Source: Camelus ferus (lineage: Eukaryota). Taken from it: a stretch of 64,000 nt of DNA. Location of the stretch: contig NC_045697.1 in NCBI RefSeq assembly GCF_009834535.1, positions 63,304,001 to 63,368,000 on the forward strand. The letters run 5' to 3'. The notes beneath the pieces are model-generated. The model did no database searches. It was not told the origin of the DNA and saw only the letters and a program-made list of their open reading frames with translations. Numbering within the stretch: position 1 is the first letter of the stretch; each line of letters starts with the position of its first letter. A program made the position numbers and the translations under genes. Below, one piece after another: positions 1 to 13,220 of this stretch.

Positions 1-380
1 GTGGACTTATGGACAGAACTGTCTTCCCAGCAACTCTGTATGACAGTATGGACAGAGAGTTGCCAAGCCAGAGAATCACACCTAAGCTTTGGTGTCCAGA
101 GTTTTTATTGAGGCTCTGTTACTTAAGCATGATTGTTCACACACATGGCCAGTCTGCTCCCAGCCGCTCCAGAGGGCAAGTTAATACTCTCTGACCTAGT
201 GTTCCAGTCCCAAATCACATCTGGTGTGCCTGGCTCCCACCCAAACTCCTATTATTAGACTATCCAAGGAACGCAGACAAAGACACTTTTATCAAGCATG
301 ACATTCCAAGAGCTTAGTGATTACCTTACAGACACCAAGGGCAAAATTAAATTTAGGCAAAGTTAAATTCTTTACTATAT
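1..380 (-). mobile_element. MER21-like ERV LTR (partial, truncated by window edge)
   Basis: Contains CTTTGGTGTCCAGAGTTTTTATTG and GACATTCCAAGAGCTTAG...GTTAAATTCTTTACTA, matching the reverse complement of the MER21-family LTR as I recall it. Confidence 0.7.
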
Positions 381-1237
381 ACCCTAGAAAGTAAGCAAGT
401 CTCACTCAGGATGAGAAGAAAGGTATCTTTCCATCTCTCCAGAGTTGTGTGTTATACAAACTAGTCCTGGAGTAAATTTGCTATGAATGCCTAGATTTGT
501 AGATTCATGGAGAATAGTCTGCCAACAGTTGGCATTACTTTGCATTTGATAAAATTTTTCTTTTCAGATTTCTATTCCTGGAATTCCCTTCAGGTGAACT
601 ATAGCCCTTCTTTCAATATTGTATTTATTAGATCTGCAGAAAATGATCAACCTACTTCTTTAACCTCTATGATTGGTAATAGAAAAAATCTTTCTGCATT
701 GGGAGGGCTTCTTACATTCCATAAACAAAGAGATAGAGCTTGAGCAATCTTTGGGAGGCTTTCAAAGGAAAGAGAAATCACAGATTACCTGGAGGTGATA
801 ACAATGGGTCTCTTCATGAGATGGCATTATTGGGATTTGTTTCTACTTTTCCCCTAAAACAATGTGATTCTCAATGAATATAGAATTGACAAAACCTACC
901 CATGATTTAGAATTTAAGGAGTGATTTTCATGTGCTCCTGAACATGCTATTCTATTTTTGACAGTGACACATGTACCCAGGAGAAGACAGGTACTCCTCC
1001 TTGCCTTCAGATGCCCATGCCTATCAAACCCTATCCCTCATTCCTATTAATACACTTACATCGTTACCAATGACTTTTGGTCCACAAACTTCATTTTCCC
1101 TTTAAGTACTCCCATTGATCCAAAAGGGTAAATCATCTGATGCACCTTTTTATATATTTGTCTCAAGCATGAATACCTTTCCTTGATATGCTGTAGTAAA
1201 GGTTGAAACATTTAAAAGTATTTTTCTAAACATAATG

Positions 1238-1400
1238 ACAGCTTTTCCAAACTAGTTTCACTAAAACATGACTCCCTTAAAATATAAGTTCACTGTCAAA
1301 TACATTTGGAAAGTTCTGTGAACAGTTTTTTCCTCCAGGGAAATTCAAAATACACATTATGCATAAAAGGCTATAACAAAATCCTCAGCAAAACCTAGAT
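1238..1400. mobile_element. MER112-like hAT DNA transposon fragment
   Basis: GTCAAATACATTTGGAAA...ATTCAAAATACACATTATGCATAAAAGGCT resembles the MER112 core; heavily diverged. Confidence 0.5.
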
Positions 1401-4400
1401 GGGAGAATAATAGGTAAATAAATATAGAGTACAACATGCAAATACATGTTTTCCTATAAGATACAGTTTGCCCACAATGGCATCAGATTCGAGTTTCAAG
1501 GGCTGCCTTTCATGGGAAAGCCTTGGTGCTCAGAGGCATTGGCTAAACTAGTATGACTCCATAAGATTCAGACCCAAGAAAGTGAAGCTCACAGAAAGAT
1601 GTTATTTCCTCTCTGGTTTACTTGATTCTTTGCTTCTAACTTCTTGTTCTTCCTTATGGTTACCAGTATAAATGGGCCTGTTAGGGCAGAGTAAGTTCAT
1701 GCACAGTCTGTGGCTTTGCTCTGACTCCAGTAGGACGCCAAATTCAACGTAACACAATGCCTCCTTAATTCTTACATAAAATGCAGTAACCAGAGCCAGG
1801 GATAAGGTGGTGGAGACATTTATTAACTGATTATTATAATTTGTTATTTAATTCGTTTTTCTTAGTTATAGCTAAGAAATGTGTAACTCAGTGATCAGGG
1901 GATTTTTCTGCCCTGAATAGTGACTGGATCAATTGTTTCTTTTCTCGATGTGCCTTAGTATTCTACTGTTGTATGTATAAAGCATAGTATACATATATTC
2001 ATACTTCCTATAAAAGATTTTTTTTTTTTGGTGAAAACAGTGTTTTTCAAAATTTTATTTTCTTTGAGAGCTTTGTGTCCCCTAGCTACAAAAGTCCTCC
2101 ACTTGAGGAAACTGAAATTCCTGAGAAGACTTAGAGGTTGTATTTAAAAATATACTATGTTATGTCAATTTATAGTCATTCTTGTTCAGGTTTATCTTGT
2201 TTTTAATTCATTTTTTTAGGCTATGTTTTACTTTTTATTGGCTGTAGCACACTGGATTTGATTTTCAAGTCTTTCTAAAGCCTAATTTATAAACCCAGTG
2301 TTTCATATGTGTATATTGCCTACTTAAGGCTGTCAGAATTTAATTGAGCATGAGCTTTAATGGATTTTCAGGAAGAATTATCAAAACGTTTGATCTACAT
2401 TTCAAACTTGAAAGGTCAGAAAGATAAAGCATACGTTTGGAGATAAATTTATATGAGATAAGTTTTGGAGAAATTAATTTCATGGTATTTATGGCTTATT
2501 CGGTGACATTTTGACTATTCCTATTGTTAAGCAATGCCAGTAGAGGTCTACAGTGTGATACCATTTTATTACACAACATGCAAGGCAGTTGTATATTTTT
2601 AAAGTTTATTTGATTGCTTTATTTTGAAAGTGTTCCTATTATGGTTATTTAATTCTGTATTTCAGAATAAAATGCCGTTTTCTTCACAATTTGTGTCCAG
2701 GAAAACTGCATTGTTATTTTCCATTGCCAGAGAGAAAGGTGTTGCATGAACATGCTCATACCTCTTCACTTTTATTTTTGTATTGACATTTTATTTTTGG
2801 TCTCGTGGTCTAATTTCTCCTACCTGCACTGTCTTATGTACGAAGTAAAGTCAAGCACACATCATTCGTGAAAAATAGGAAAAAATGGAAACATACTTTA
2901 TGTCTTAACGTGTTCAAAAAAATTTAGAACTTTACAATTGTGGATTAGAGAAAGCATTCAGAAAATAAGGACATTCAAAGGAAAATATTCCAGTTCTTTC
3001 TCCCAGATATGTCTGCTGAATATTATCAGATATGCTTTCACTGATCTTAATTTAGAAAATGATTTCACATTAAAGATGACTTGCTAGACATAAGACAATT
3101 TGATTCTAAATTTTATGTGGCTCTGCAAATTGACTTTAATTCAGAGGAAAATTATTTTTTAAAGGTCCACTGTATGCCATTTGATTTATCTAACAGTGGT
3201 AAAATATGCCTCCTTGGTGTTTTATTAGAAATCTATGTTTGTTAAGTTGTTCTTTGTTAAATACATCCTTGGATAAATCAGGTCATTTCCTAGAAAACTC
3301 GTAATTTGTATTTTAGCTAAAATTGAGCTTTAATGAACTAAAGAACAAGGTTCATGTTAGCATTTAGTGTATATCCCCATGTCTCTGGAAATAGGGAAAA
3401 GACAAGGGAAGTCACTGTGGGGTGCAATTTGTATTACAGGCTAGAGAGCATCTCGTAATGGTCATAAAGAGAACTTTTTAAGAAGCCTAATTTTTCATTT
3501 CTCATAGGACAGTCCCTGGTAGAGCACGTGACTCAAGCAGCTAAAGGAAAAGTAAGGTGGGTTGGACTCTCAGCAGTCTTACTCCCCACCGCAAGCTCAG
3601 GTACAACAGCCTCTCCCAGTCAGCCCTTTAAAGTGTCCCTTACCAGTGCACCACTCATTCTCCAGCCCCAAATTTCACCTTTTAGTTCCCACCTCTCTGT
3701 CACAGGTGATTCTGTGAGATAATAATGCAGACACACAAGCCTCTCACCTAGTACAAGCACACAGAGCTGTTATTTTCACCAACAATTTCAAAGGACAGAA
3801 AGAAAGAGGAGCTTGGCCCCTGGTAAGAGGACCTGGGACGGATGACTCTGAGAGGGGCTAGCATACAGGAAAGCCAAATATCATGAAAGGTTCCCTGAAG
3901 TTCTGAGATTTTAGGTCCTTGGATTTTAGGGTAACAACCTAACATGACTTACGCTGTCATGGACAGTGGGAACTAGGAAACTCCCCTTCGTACTGGTGTC
4001 ATGATAAATGGAATAGATTAAGAAAAAAGTTATGTGATTGACATTATTTAAAGGTATGTCCTTGTATTTTCTTCCTCAGTAAATGCTCATCCTGGGGTGT
4101 TTTCAAACTTCAATATGCAAAAAAGGTCATCGGGGAAGGAGAGTGAGCAAGAATCTTTACTATGCAGATTTCTGAGCCTTGTTCTTGAATTCTGAATCAA
4201 GATTGAATTGGTCTAATCTAGAAAACAACAGTTTGTTTGCCAAATAGAGAGAAACTCTGAATCCAATTCCAGCAGCCCTTGCAACACACTTTATGAAGCA
4301 TGACCCCTGTCGACATCCATTATAAGATATATAGTATGCGTTGCACACCTATAAAAATGTGGGCATTGTTCATGGATCACACGCTGGTGTTGTCTTCACT

Positions 4401-4499
4401 GCATTCATTCCTGTAATGCTTTATTCAATAAATATTAGCTGGCCAATGATACAGCAAGACGTGGTATATACTCACCAATTACCTGCATCTTAATATATC

Positions 4500-5250
4500 A
4501 TTCTCTAAGTGTTTCCTAAATGTCTACAATACAGAGGGATATACAATGAAACTTCTCATTCCATAAACTTTGTCAATTAAGAGAATTGTCACATACAGAA
4601 ATAATCATAATAAAACATAAATAAGTGCCATAAAAGAAGTCAAGATACAAGGAGATCACTTTCAGCTTGGGGCAGGCATGAAAATGGTGTATTTCAGAAA
4701 AGCATTCATGATACTTTTGAAATTTGAGTTAGACTATGAAACATAGTTAGAACTTGATACACTGAGCTTAGGGAGAAGGCATTGGTAGATGGTGGGGAAG
4801 TGTAGGGTAAGCATGGAGAACCCCATATTGGACGTAGAATGACTTTGGATACTGCCCAGGACAAGTAAGTAGCAATACAGTTGAAAAGAAAAGTGAGAGA
4901 GGGACTTCAGCTAAAAGGCCCCTTTGAATGCTAAATGAAGATTATTATCCTCATTGAAGAGATAAGGAAATGCTGCTAAGGATTAGGGGTGGGGGTGGTA
5001 TTTCAGGATGATGTTTTATATGTGTGTGCAATGGATTGAAAAGGAAGAGACTGGTGTTAAGGAGACTGTTGAGACTAGTAAAAGGTAAAATTACCTTAAT
5101 TTAAATAAAGGAAAAATAATATGAGGAAGATTTGTACAAGAAGATTCAATAAGTTTGGGGAACTACTGGACACAGGGGAGAGGGAGGATGAAAAGCTGTC
5201 TCCAGAATTTCAAAGCTACGTCACTAAGAGGAGTGGTGACACCAACAAAA
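4500..5250 (-). mobile_element. L2 LINE fragment (ancient)
   Basis: Purine-rich degenerate L2 motifs on the plus strand (TGGATTGAAAGGAAGAGACTGG, TTTGAGTTAGACTATGAA), i.e. antisense L2. Confidence 0.6.
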
Positions 5251-6317
5251 ATAAGTTTACTGCATCGTTATCCAAACTATCTTATTAGATTTCTTTGTAA
5301 GGATTTAGATTTCTCTTTTTTTGAGTGCTTAATTATTCTCACATTTTGGAATTTGGAAAGTATGGTTTGGATATCTGGGGATGAGTAGCCAGTGAGGAAT
5401 TGAGGAAAGGAAGGGGTATTTATAAGGAAGAGATACTTAATGTGTCTTCCTTTTGCCTAGTGTGTGCTAAATGCATACACACACGTGTATATATATATGA
5501 CTATATAGCATACTCAAAGTTAAGTAATCTTTACCTTTAAAGTAGTTATTTACTGAAGGTGAGAATTTCTTAAGAGGGAAAAAATAACTTGCAAAGTTAT
5601 TTGATCCTTCATAAAATTTAATTTTTTATTTAGTTACTAATCCTATTATTTCCTTTTTTTTTTTTGAGGTTCTGTAATATTCTGATTTATTTATCCAAAT
5701 ACTTCCAAGAAACTTTTATGCAAATGAACTTTTCATTCATTTACATTTTTTTCAAAATTTCATCTTCCAATTCCTTTAAGCTACCACAAATTAATCTATA
5801 AAACTCAATTATTCAGACAAAAAAAAAGTTTTGTGAAAGGAACTGAAATAGAAAAGGATGACATTGCAGTTGACACAAAAGAGCAGTTATTCTTCAATGT
5901 ATCTACAAAATGAAAAGCAAGGGGGAGAGAGAAAACTAACATCCAAACACTTAAAAAGAAGTAAATTCACTTGGTATCTCAACATAAAGGGTTTAGGGCT
6001 TGCGGGGTGGTGGCTGTTGTCATAGTCGAAAGCCACTTCATAATGATTGCTAACATCTTTCTGGTTGCAAATAGTATCTGAATATTGTTATATAAAACAC
6101 CTATGATGAGCTGGTTTGTCTGTAGATTTTTAAAACATATTCTTTAATATGTTTTGTACCTTTGGGGAAAGGGTTAGTTAAGTAGAGGACTTCAAAAGCA
6201 TTCATAGAGTACATATATACCCTTGAGAATTAAGAAAAAGGCAACCAAGAGTAAGCTGACATTTTAGTATTGCAGAGGTTGTCTTTTCTTTTTTTAAGCC
6301 AGCTGGGAATTCCTCAG

Positions 6318-6753
6318 TGCCTTAGTTTCCTAGAGCTGCTATACCAAAGTTCTACAAAGTGGGTGACTTTAAACAACAGAACTTTATTCTTGCACAGTTC
6401 TGGAGACTGCAAGTCCAAAAAAAAAAAGATGTCAGCAGAGTTGGTTCCTTCTGAGGGCTCTGAGGGAGAATCTGTTTCATGCTTCTCTTTACTTCCGGTG
6501 ATAGCTAGATTCACCATTCCAGCCTCTGCCACTGTCTTCACATGGCAATTTCCTTGTGTCTCTGTGCCTTCACATGGTCATCTTCTTATAAAGACACCAG
6601 TTGTATTGGATTAGGGGCCCACTCTAATATGACCTCATCTTGACTAAGTGTATATTTGCAACGGCTGTTATTTCTCAGTTAGGTCACTTTCTGATATTCT
6701 AGGGGTTAGGACATCAACATATCCTTTGGGACAATGCAAATCAACCCGTAACA
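6318..6753 (-). mobile_element. MLT1B/C-like MaLR solo LTR
   Basis: Begins TGCCTTAGTTTCCTAGAGCTGC, contains CACAGTTCTGGAG and GGTTCCTTCTGAGGGCTCTGAGGGAGAATCTG, ends CAACCCGTAACA. Confidence 0.85.
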
Positions 6754-6760
6754 GTGTATC

Positions 6761-6845
6761 TGTACTAGTCAGGGTTTTCCAGAGAAAGAGAACCAATAGG
6801 AAATATAGAAAGATAGGTAGGTAGGTAGGTAGGTAGGTAGGAAGG

Positions 6846-6886
<41 letters not shown>

Positions 6887-7202
6887 CAGACTGAGGATTT
6901 GGCTTACACAATATTGGGGGCTGGCAAATCCAAAATCTATAGTGCAGGCTGGGAGACTGAAAACTCAAGCAGGATTTCTATGTCATAGTCTTGAGGCAGA
7001 ATTCCTTTTTCACTGGGAAACCTCAGTTTTTGCTCTTAAGAATGGGACCCACACCAATTATCAAAAGAAATCTACTTAAAGTCTACTAATTGGAATTATT
7101 AATCACATCTGCAGAATACCTTCACAGTAACATCTAGACTCTTATTGGATCAAACTGGGCACCATAGCCTAGCCAAGTTGACACATAAAATTAACCATCA
7201 CA
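6761..7202 (-). mobile_element. MLT2 (MLT2D-like) ERVL solo LTR
   Basis: Begins TGTACTAGTCAGGGTTTTCCAGAGAAA and ends GTTGACACATAAAATTAACCATCACA, the reverse complement of the MLT2 5' end. Confidence 0.9.
6812..6890. repeat. Compound tetranucleotide microsatellite (TAGG)n-(TAGA)n-(CAGA)n inside MLT2
   Basis: Directly visible tandem units. Confidence 0.95.
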
Positions 7203-7704
7203 CTGAGGAAAAAAGGAGATAAAAATTATGAAATAAAAAGAAGGGAGAATGTATGTACTTAAAAATCTCTTTGGGCATAAGGATTTGCTGGTTTTACATT
7301 TGGCTATTTTAATAATGCTATTTATTGCCTAATATTTAGGTGAGGGTCTCCAAATATGAAATGTAATCTGTTATCATCATTCTGGATATTTTTACTCTTG
7401 AGTCTGTTTTATCAACACATGAAATATTTTTTTCCTGATCATCTTCGTCAGAAGTCAGACCGTCTCTCTTTCCTATATTCTACCTAGAATTGTACTTCTA
7501 AGAAATATATGTAGTCTTTCAACACATTTTACATTATTTTAATACTGACGAAGTAAAATTTATACCATAATTAAAATTCAACATATAGTAGTTATTTAAT
7601 ATATAAATACTTAAATATATATTTATTTAGTATCCTAGAATTTTAATCACCTGCTATATTTTTTTAATTCCAGAAGTGAAGTTTTAGACAAAGATGTGTG
7701 ATGA

Positions 7705-8285
7705 TAGAATGCTCCCCATTTATCTCCCCTTTGCTCTTAGTGTATAGTCCAAATCTCTTAACGTGTCTGTGTTTGGTAAGAACCAGGAAGATTTGGTTCC
7801 TGTTTTCCATTCAAGCGTCCTTTTTCACTTTCTATTTTGTACTCCAGCTTCACTGAACTTCTGTTTGTTCTTTGAAAATGACTTTTGTCCTTGCATCCAG
7901 GCTAAAAACTCACTTTTGTTTTAGCCACAGTACTTTTTTTCTATGCAGCCTCTCTCCTCCCACCTTTTACTTGGTACCTAAGCATTTTTTATTTCTCAAT
8001 AAGTCTCCCGTGCATCCTTTAGACTTTACTTCCTTTGGAGAGCCTTATGAATATTCCCCAAATTTATTAGGTACCCCGACCTCTATATTCAAAGTATCTT
8101 GTACTTTTTTTTTTCGTTGACCACTTTCTAATATGTAAATTGCCTATTTCCTTGCATCTCATCTTCACTGGACTCTAAGCATTATAAGAATAGAGATTAT
8201 GTCTCTCCTATTTACTCTTACATACTCAGCATCTAAACACGCTGCAGGTATATGTTAGTGGCTTAATGTTAAATGAATTAATTGA
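7705..8285 (+). mobile_element. L2 LINE 3' fragment
   Basis: Degenerate L2 3' motifs: AGTCCAAATCTCTTAAC, GGACTCTAAGC...AGAGATTATGTCT, ending AAATGAATTAATTGA. Confidence 0.65.
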
Positions 8286-9184
8286 TATATTAGCTTATTG
8301 TAGTTAACTAATATAGCAAATAGTAGACCTGTATTCTAAACAAATATTCCATAAAGTTGAAGTATAAAATATTAAGTGTAAAAATAGGATATTAATTTGA
8401 ATAACAATTTTAAACAATTTGTAGCAAGGAATGTGCTTTAAACCATACTATATGATTAGCTTCTTTATAGCTCTTTGCATGCTAGACATGTAGGAATTTT
8501 TTATACCTCTGATTTAATGATAATATCAAAGTATACGATGAGATTATTCCTTTATTTTTAATATTAAGATAATTGACCTGAGCTCTTTTTGTATTTCGCT
8601 TGAAGTATAATCTCTGAATCAGAGTGTTAACTCTCCACAATATGTGAGTGGTCCCTAAATTAGCACTTTTTAAAAAAATATAGTTTTAATCAAATACTGT
8701 ACTGTTTGTGTGATAAACTTTCTTATTTAAAATGTTAATTGAATTGTGTTTCTAATCACAAAATATTTGTGAATTTCAAACATTTATAAAATGAAAAGAA
8801 ACTAATAAATAATAGCTTTAAAAATAAAAGTATAAATGCAAACGAAGTTGATTAGAATTACTATTAGATATGTTTTCTGGTGCTCATTTTAAATAATTAA
8901 ATATATACTATGGCTATAATGCATTAGAACTATTAACAAAGCACCGTGAGGTGACAGGTCCTGAGTCTTGCTAATCATCCATCAGGGCTCATAAGTGCTC
9001 AGTAACATTTACTAGGGAAGAAAGACCAAAGTAATTACAAATTTGGGAAATAGTTAACTCATTCATTTGAACAGATTGAAAAATAATCCTATTTCACTTA
9101 TTTAGAAATCTTTACTTGATGCTTACTTTGCACATTTGTTAATAGAATATCTGATCAAGAGAAAGTTACTGTATTTGTATATGC

Positions 9185-9380
9185 AAAGAGTTGGATACCC
9201 AGATAGGAATTTAGCTACTACTTAAGGCACTTAAACTCTCTAAAGTGCATTTTCTCAACTGTAAAAGATAAGAAAATTACTGCCTCAAAGGTGTGTCCAC
9301 ACACCAACTCATCAAGTAAAATATGATCATTTAAGACATGTTAAAACCAAAGTGCTCTATGTGAACTATGTATTATTACT
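9185..9380 (+). mobile_element. MIR SINE fragment
   Basis: CACTTAAACTCTCTAAAGTGCATTTTCTCAACTGTAAAA resembles the MIR core. Confidence 0.55.
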
Positions 9381-11740
9381 AAATTTTGTGTTTCTTCTCT
9401 TCTATATGTCATAATATTCAATACAGCATTTTGATATAGATAAAAACAGAAAACTGGAGAAAATAAATATTAATAATAAATAAATAATAAATTTAAATAA
9501 ATCATGCTACACCCAAAATGTGTGATAATGTGCTTCCATTAAAACAAATAAGGAAGATTTATATTTACTATCATAGAAAGATTTCCATGATATCTTGTGA
9601 AATTAAAAGTAAACTTGTAAGCTTGGAAGCGTAGATGTCAAATGGTTAACAGTTATCCCTTCCTTGAGAACACAGGTGGAGTGTTCTGGGGCAATTTCAG
9701 TTTTTTCCATGTATGCCCTATTTGAATTTGTTAAATAATAAAAATTGATTAATTTTCAATAAAGATTCCATTCACCCTTAAATAATAAAAATATTGAATG
9801 AATTTTAAAATACTGTTATACTTGGGGCATATCAATTATATGTGGGCACATCTAGAGACCTATACTGTTCCTCTGGTTTTGTATGTGGAGGACAACTCAC
9901 ACATGAGGTTATATTGTTTTTTGTGTTGCAATGTACTAGCCAGATAAAAGCACTCCCAAAAGGACAGGAGCCAAAGTATAATGGAAAATGTCCAAATGAA
10001 AGTTCTTGAAAGCATGCCAGTGTTTGGGAGAACTTGCATTTTTGTAATTGAACACAGATTTTACTTTTCTTAGCCCAAAGCTAAAGGATTTGACTTATCA
10101 TCATATCTAGTTACTAATGGAGATATTTGGGGAGTAGAATATGATGCCGTTTATGTTACTGATCTCTTTAGCACCCACGAGGGTAAAGAGGACAGCTCCT
10201 TAGAGTTGGTGAATATGAGAAGAGAGCCAGTTCTTAATTAAATATTTTCTTGAATCTGGCAATAACAGGAGTGTTCTAAAAACTGATAAACACTTTGGTT
10301 ACATCAAGGACTTTTATATTCCCTTCTTTATTATGCCAGATGTGTGCTGCCAACTTAAGTAATTACTGTTTTCCCAGTAGGAAGTTTGCTGAAATGTATT
10401 TTTTGCTCAAAAACATGCTAACCAAAAGCATCTAGTTTTTTTTCTGCCTTTCGAGTTCTTCATTTTCACAAAAGTGAAATAATATAGAAAGCAGTGTTTA
10501 AAACATCACAGAGTAGTATTTATGTGGTACAGATATGGACCTACCAAGACTTACCCTGACAGTTTTCATTTTAGATAATACAGTAGTAGAGGCGTCAAAA
10601 ATAGGTAAGCATACATTATATTCATATAAAATTATTCAAATGTGTTTTTGCAGCTAATGCCTTCTGTTTATCTTCTATTAAAATTTATTACTTTTGTTTG
10701 TATTTAATATTTCTAGACTGTTTAAATATAATAAGCAGGGATCCACTATCCTCATTGTCTGCTGATGAATATTTAAAGCTCCTTATTTTGACCAGCAATT
10801 TTTGCACTTATGATTAACATCCCATGAGAATGTGCTTGATATGAGATTGTACTCTTCCTAGTCTCAAATAACTCTTCAATTTTAATTTCACCTTTGTAAA
10901 TGTCAGAATGATTTGAATGTAAGGAAAAAATAAGGGATATACTTAGAAAAAATATGTGCAAATGATGTGTCTTTGTTATTGCTAAATACTAAATACTGTT
11001 GTCTAAAGAAATTAGTGCTCATCAAATTTAGTGATTAGTGTCCTATTTACACTTCAGCCGATAATAATAAATCACTGGTTTAACAAGACATGTTTTAAAA
11101 GTATATCAATACAGATGAATAAAAAGGAAATGATTTATTTTCAAGGTCATGGATATCATGTATCAGACAGACTTCATATCAGAGATCATAGTTTACACAG
11201 CATTTTACTCAAGAGAGCAAATTATTTTACATTATAATAAAATTTAAACATCCAAATTTATTTACTAATGTTTTACCAGTTGGCATTTATAATGTATACA
11301 GCAGCCAGAACTCAAGTTCTTTTTAATAGTACATGTTTAAGTAAATATAAACAGAAGAAATAAAACAAAAAAACAGCATCTAATATGCCAGGATACTAAA
11401 TCATTCTTAGGGAGGCAAAAAAAAAAAAGTATTTTGCTACATTTTGAACTACTCATATGAAAGTAGATAAAAACCCATACTGTGAAAACTTCTACAAATA
11501 AGCTAATTAAAATAAGTGATAGAAAGACTTAACTTTTTAAGAAAAAATAGAAAGTAGATGGCAGTTTATATTTTCACACAACTTTCTTGGCTCACATATA
11601 AAGAATAAAGTATTTACTAAATACACACATAGAAGAATAAGAACAATAAATATGATTGTAAAAGTCATCTTATAAAAAGGAGATAATACTTTAAAAAAAC
11701 TAGGTATATCAAGTGGAAAAATTATATATCTGTATCTGTG

Positions 11741-11770
11741 TATATATATATATATATATATGCATATATA
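11741..11770. repeat. (TA)n microsatellite
   Basis: Directly visible. Confidence 0.9.
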
Positions 11771-12009
11771 AATGTATATTGATTTACAAATTTCAATGAA
11801 CTAGTCAGAAGAGAAAATAGAAGACTGCATTCAGGGTAGGGAAAACAAAGCTATAGTCATGAGAGAGAGATTTGTGTAACGCCTATTACATGTTAAGTTG
11901 CTGGCTATGTGTGAAACGTTTAAACATGAATAGAACATAAGGATCTGTGGTAGAGAAAAATATGAAAATAGACTATCCTGGCACTCAGTGTAGCAATAAT
12001 TAGAACCAA

Positions 12010-12486
12010 TTGTATTTCAGTATGAATCTGTAATACAGTTTTACTTAGAAAGTGAGAAATTGGTCGACCATTCTGCATTTGAGGGCTGAATAGATACTGT
12101 TTGCAAAGGTATGGCTAAAATGTAGGGAAATCACAAGGTTTATACCCATATTAGGGCTGTTACCTTTATTAGGTCTAAAAAGACAATGAAAAATGACCTT
12201 CATTAGGAAGGAAGTCTCGTACAGAAAGTGAATTTGAGATAAATGTTGATCTTAGTGAGCTAGATGCATCCAGTTGGAGGCAATGCATGGGGAAAAGAGG
12301 GGAGTATAAATTTGTCCTTTTGTTTCCTCATGATCTCCACTGGGGGTTCCCATTGGCTAAACCTGACAGGAAGTCAGAGGGCAAAGGCGCCTGCGTATGT
12401 GGTCTTACCAGGGAATCTACCGGGCAGAGAACAGGTTATGGAACGTGGGATGGACTTGGAGAGGCAAATGGAAAATAGCCGGTAGA
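12010..12486 (-). mobile_element. LTR33-like ERVL LTR
   Basis: CCCATTGGCTAAACCTGACAGGAAGTCAGAGGGCAAAGG...GGACTTGGAGAGGCAAATGGAAAATAGCC matches the antisense LTR33 terminus; left boundary uncertain. Confidence 0.65.
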
Positions 12487-12979
12487 GTAGCTACGGCCAC
12501 TTCTTTGCTTCTTCAGCAGTCTATGCTTTTTCCTGCCTTCTGATATATATGCCCTGTCTTTGTTGCCTTAACTGAGGAGAAAATTTCAAGTCCTATTACC
12601 AATGCATTTCAATGGGGCAGCCCCTAAAAGAGATACACAAGGTCATGTGAGGTCCTGCAGTTCTTTCAGTACCGCACTTAAAATAGAGGCCATCCTGGTC
12701 CCCAAGTAAAGGCTGCTTATAAGGCCTTGATACTGGGAAGTATTCTGGAAATTGGCTGCAAATGATGATCATCGTAGATTTCTCAGATTAGAGAAGATCT
12801 GTTCAGACTTACTAATAAGCCTTAATGGAGATGCTTGTCATCAATGAATAATTACAAAAGAAAGAAGTCAGCAGAAATACAGTCTACAATTTATTGATGA
12901 TTTGGTGACTTTATCAACTTTCTGTGTAGTGGGCATTTTCTATGTAAATACAGGCAGTGTTACATTATGATACATAAGA

Positions 12980-13220
12980 TCATGTTGTTGGTGTCAAACA
13001 TCATGGGTTCCAGTCCCAGCTTTTCCACTGACTAGCTCTGTGATCATGGGCAAGTCAACTTTTTCTTACTGAGCTTCAGTGTTCAGTCTTATATATAAGC
13101 ACAAATAATATGTATGTCTACTTTTTGGGTTATTGAGATTACAGGAGATAAAATGCAAATAAACCACAGGGTTTGCTGTTTAACATATACTAAGATCTCT
13201 ATAAGAGTTAGTTATTATTT
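12980..13220 (+). mobile_element. MIR SINE
   Basis: GGGTTCCAGTCCCAGCTTTTCCACTGACTAGCTCTGTGATCATGGGCAAGTCA, plus MIR tail GTTAGTTATTATT. Confidence 0.85.

Noticed and set aside
1666..1696. TATAAAT box or 24-nt micro-exon ending in GA|gtaagt
   Set aside because: Ambiguous isolated motifs; no CpG island or partner exon to support either reading.
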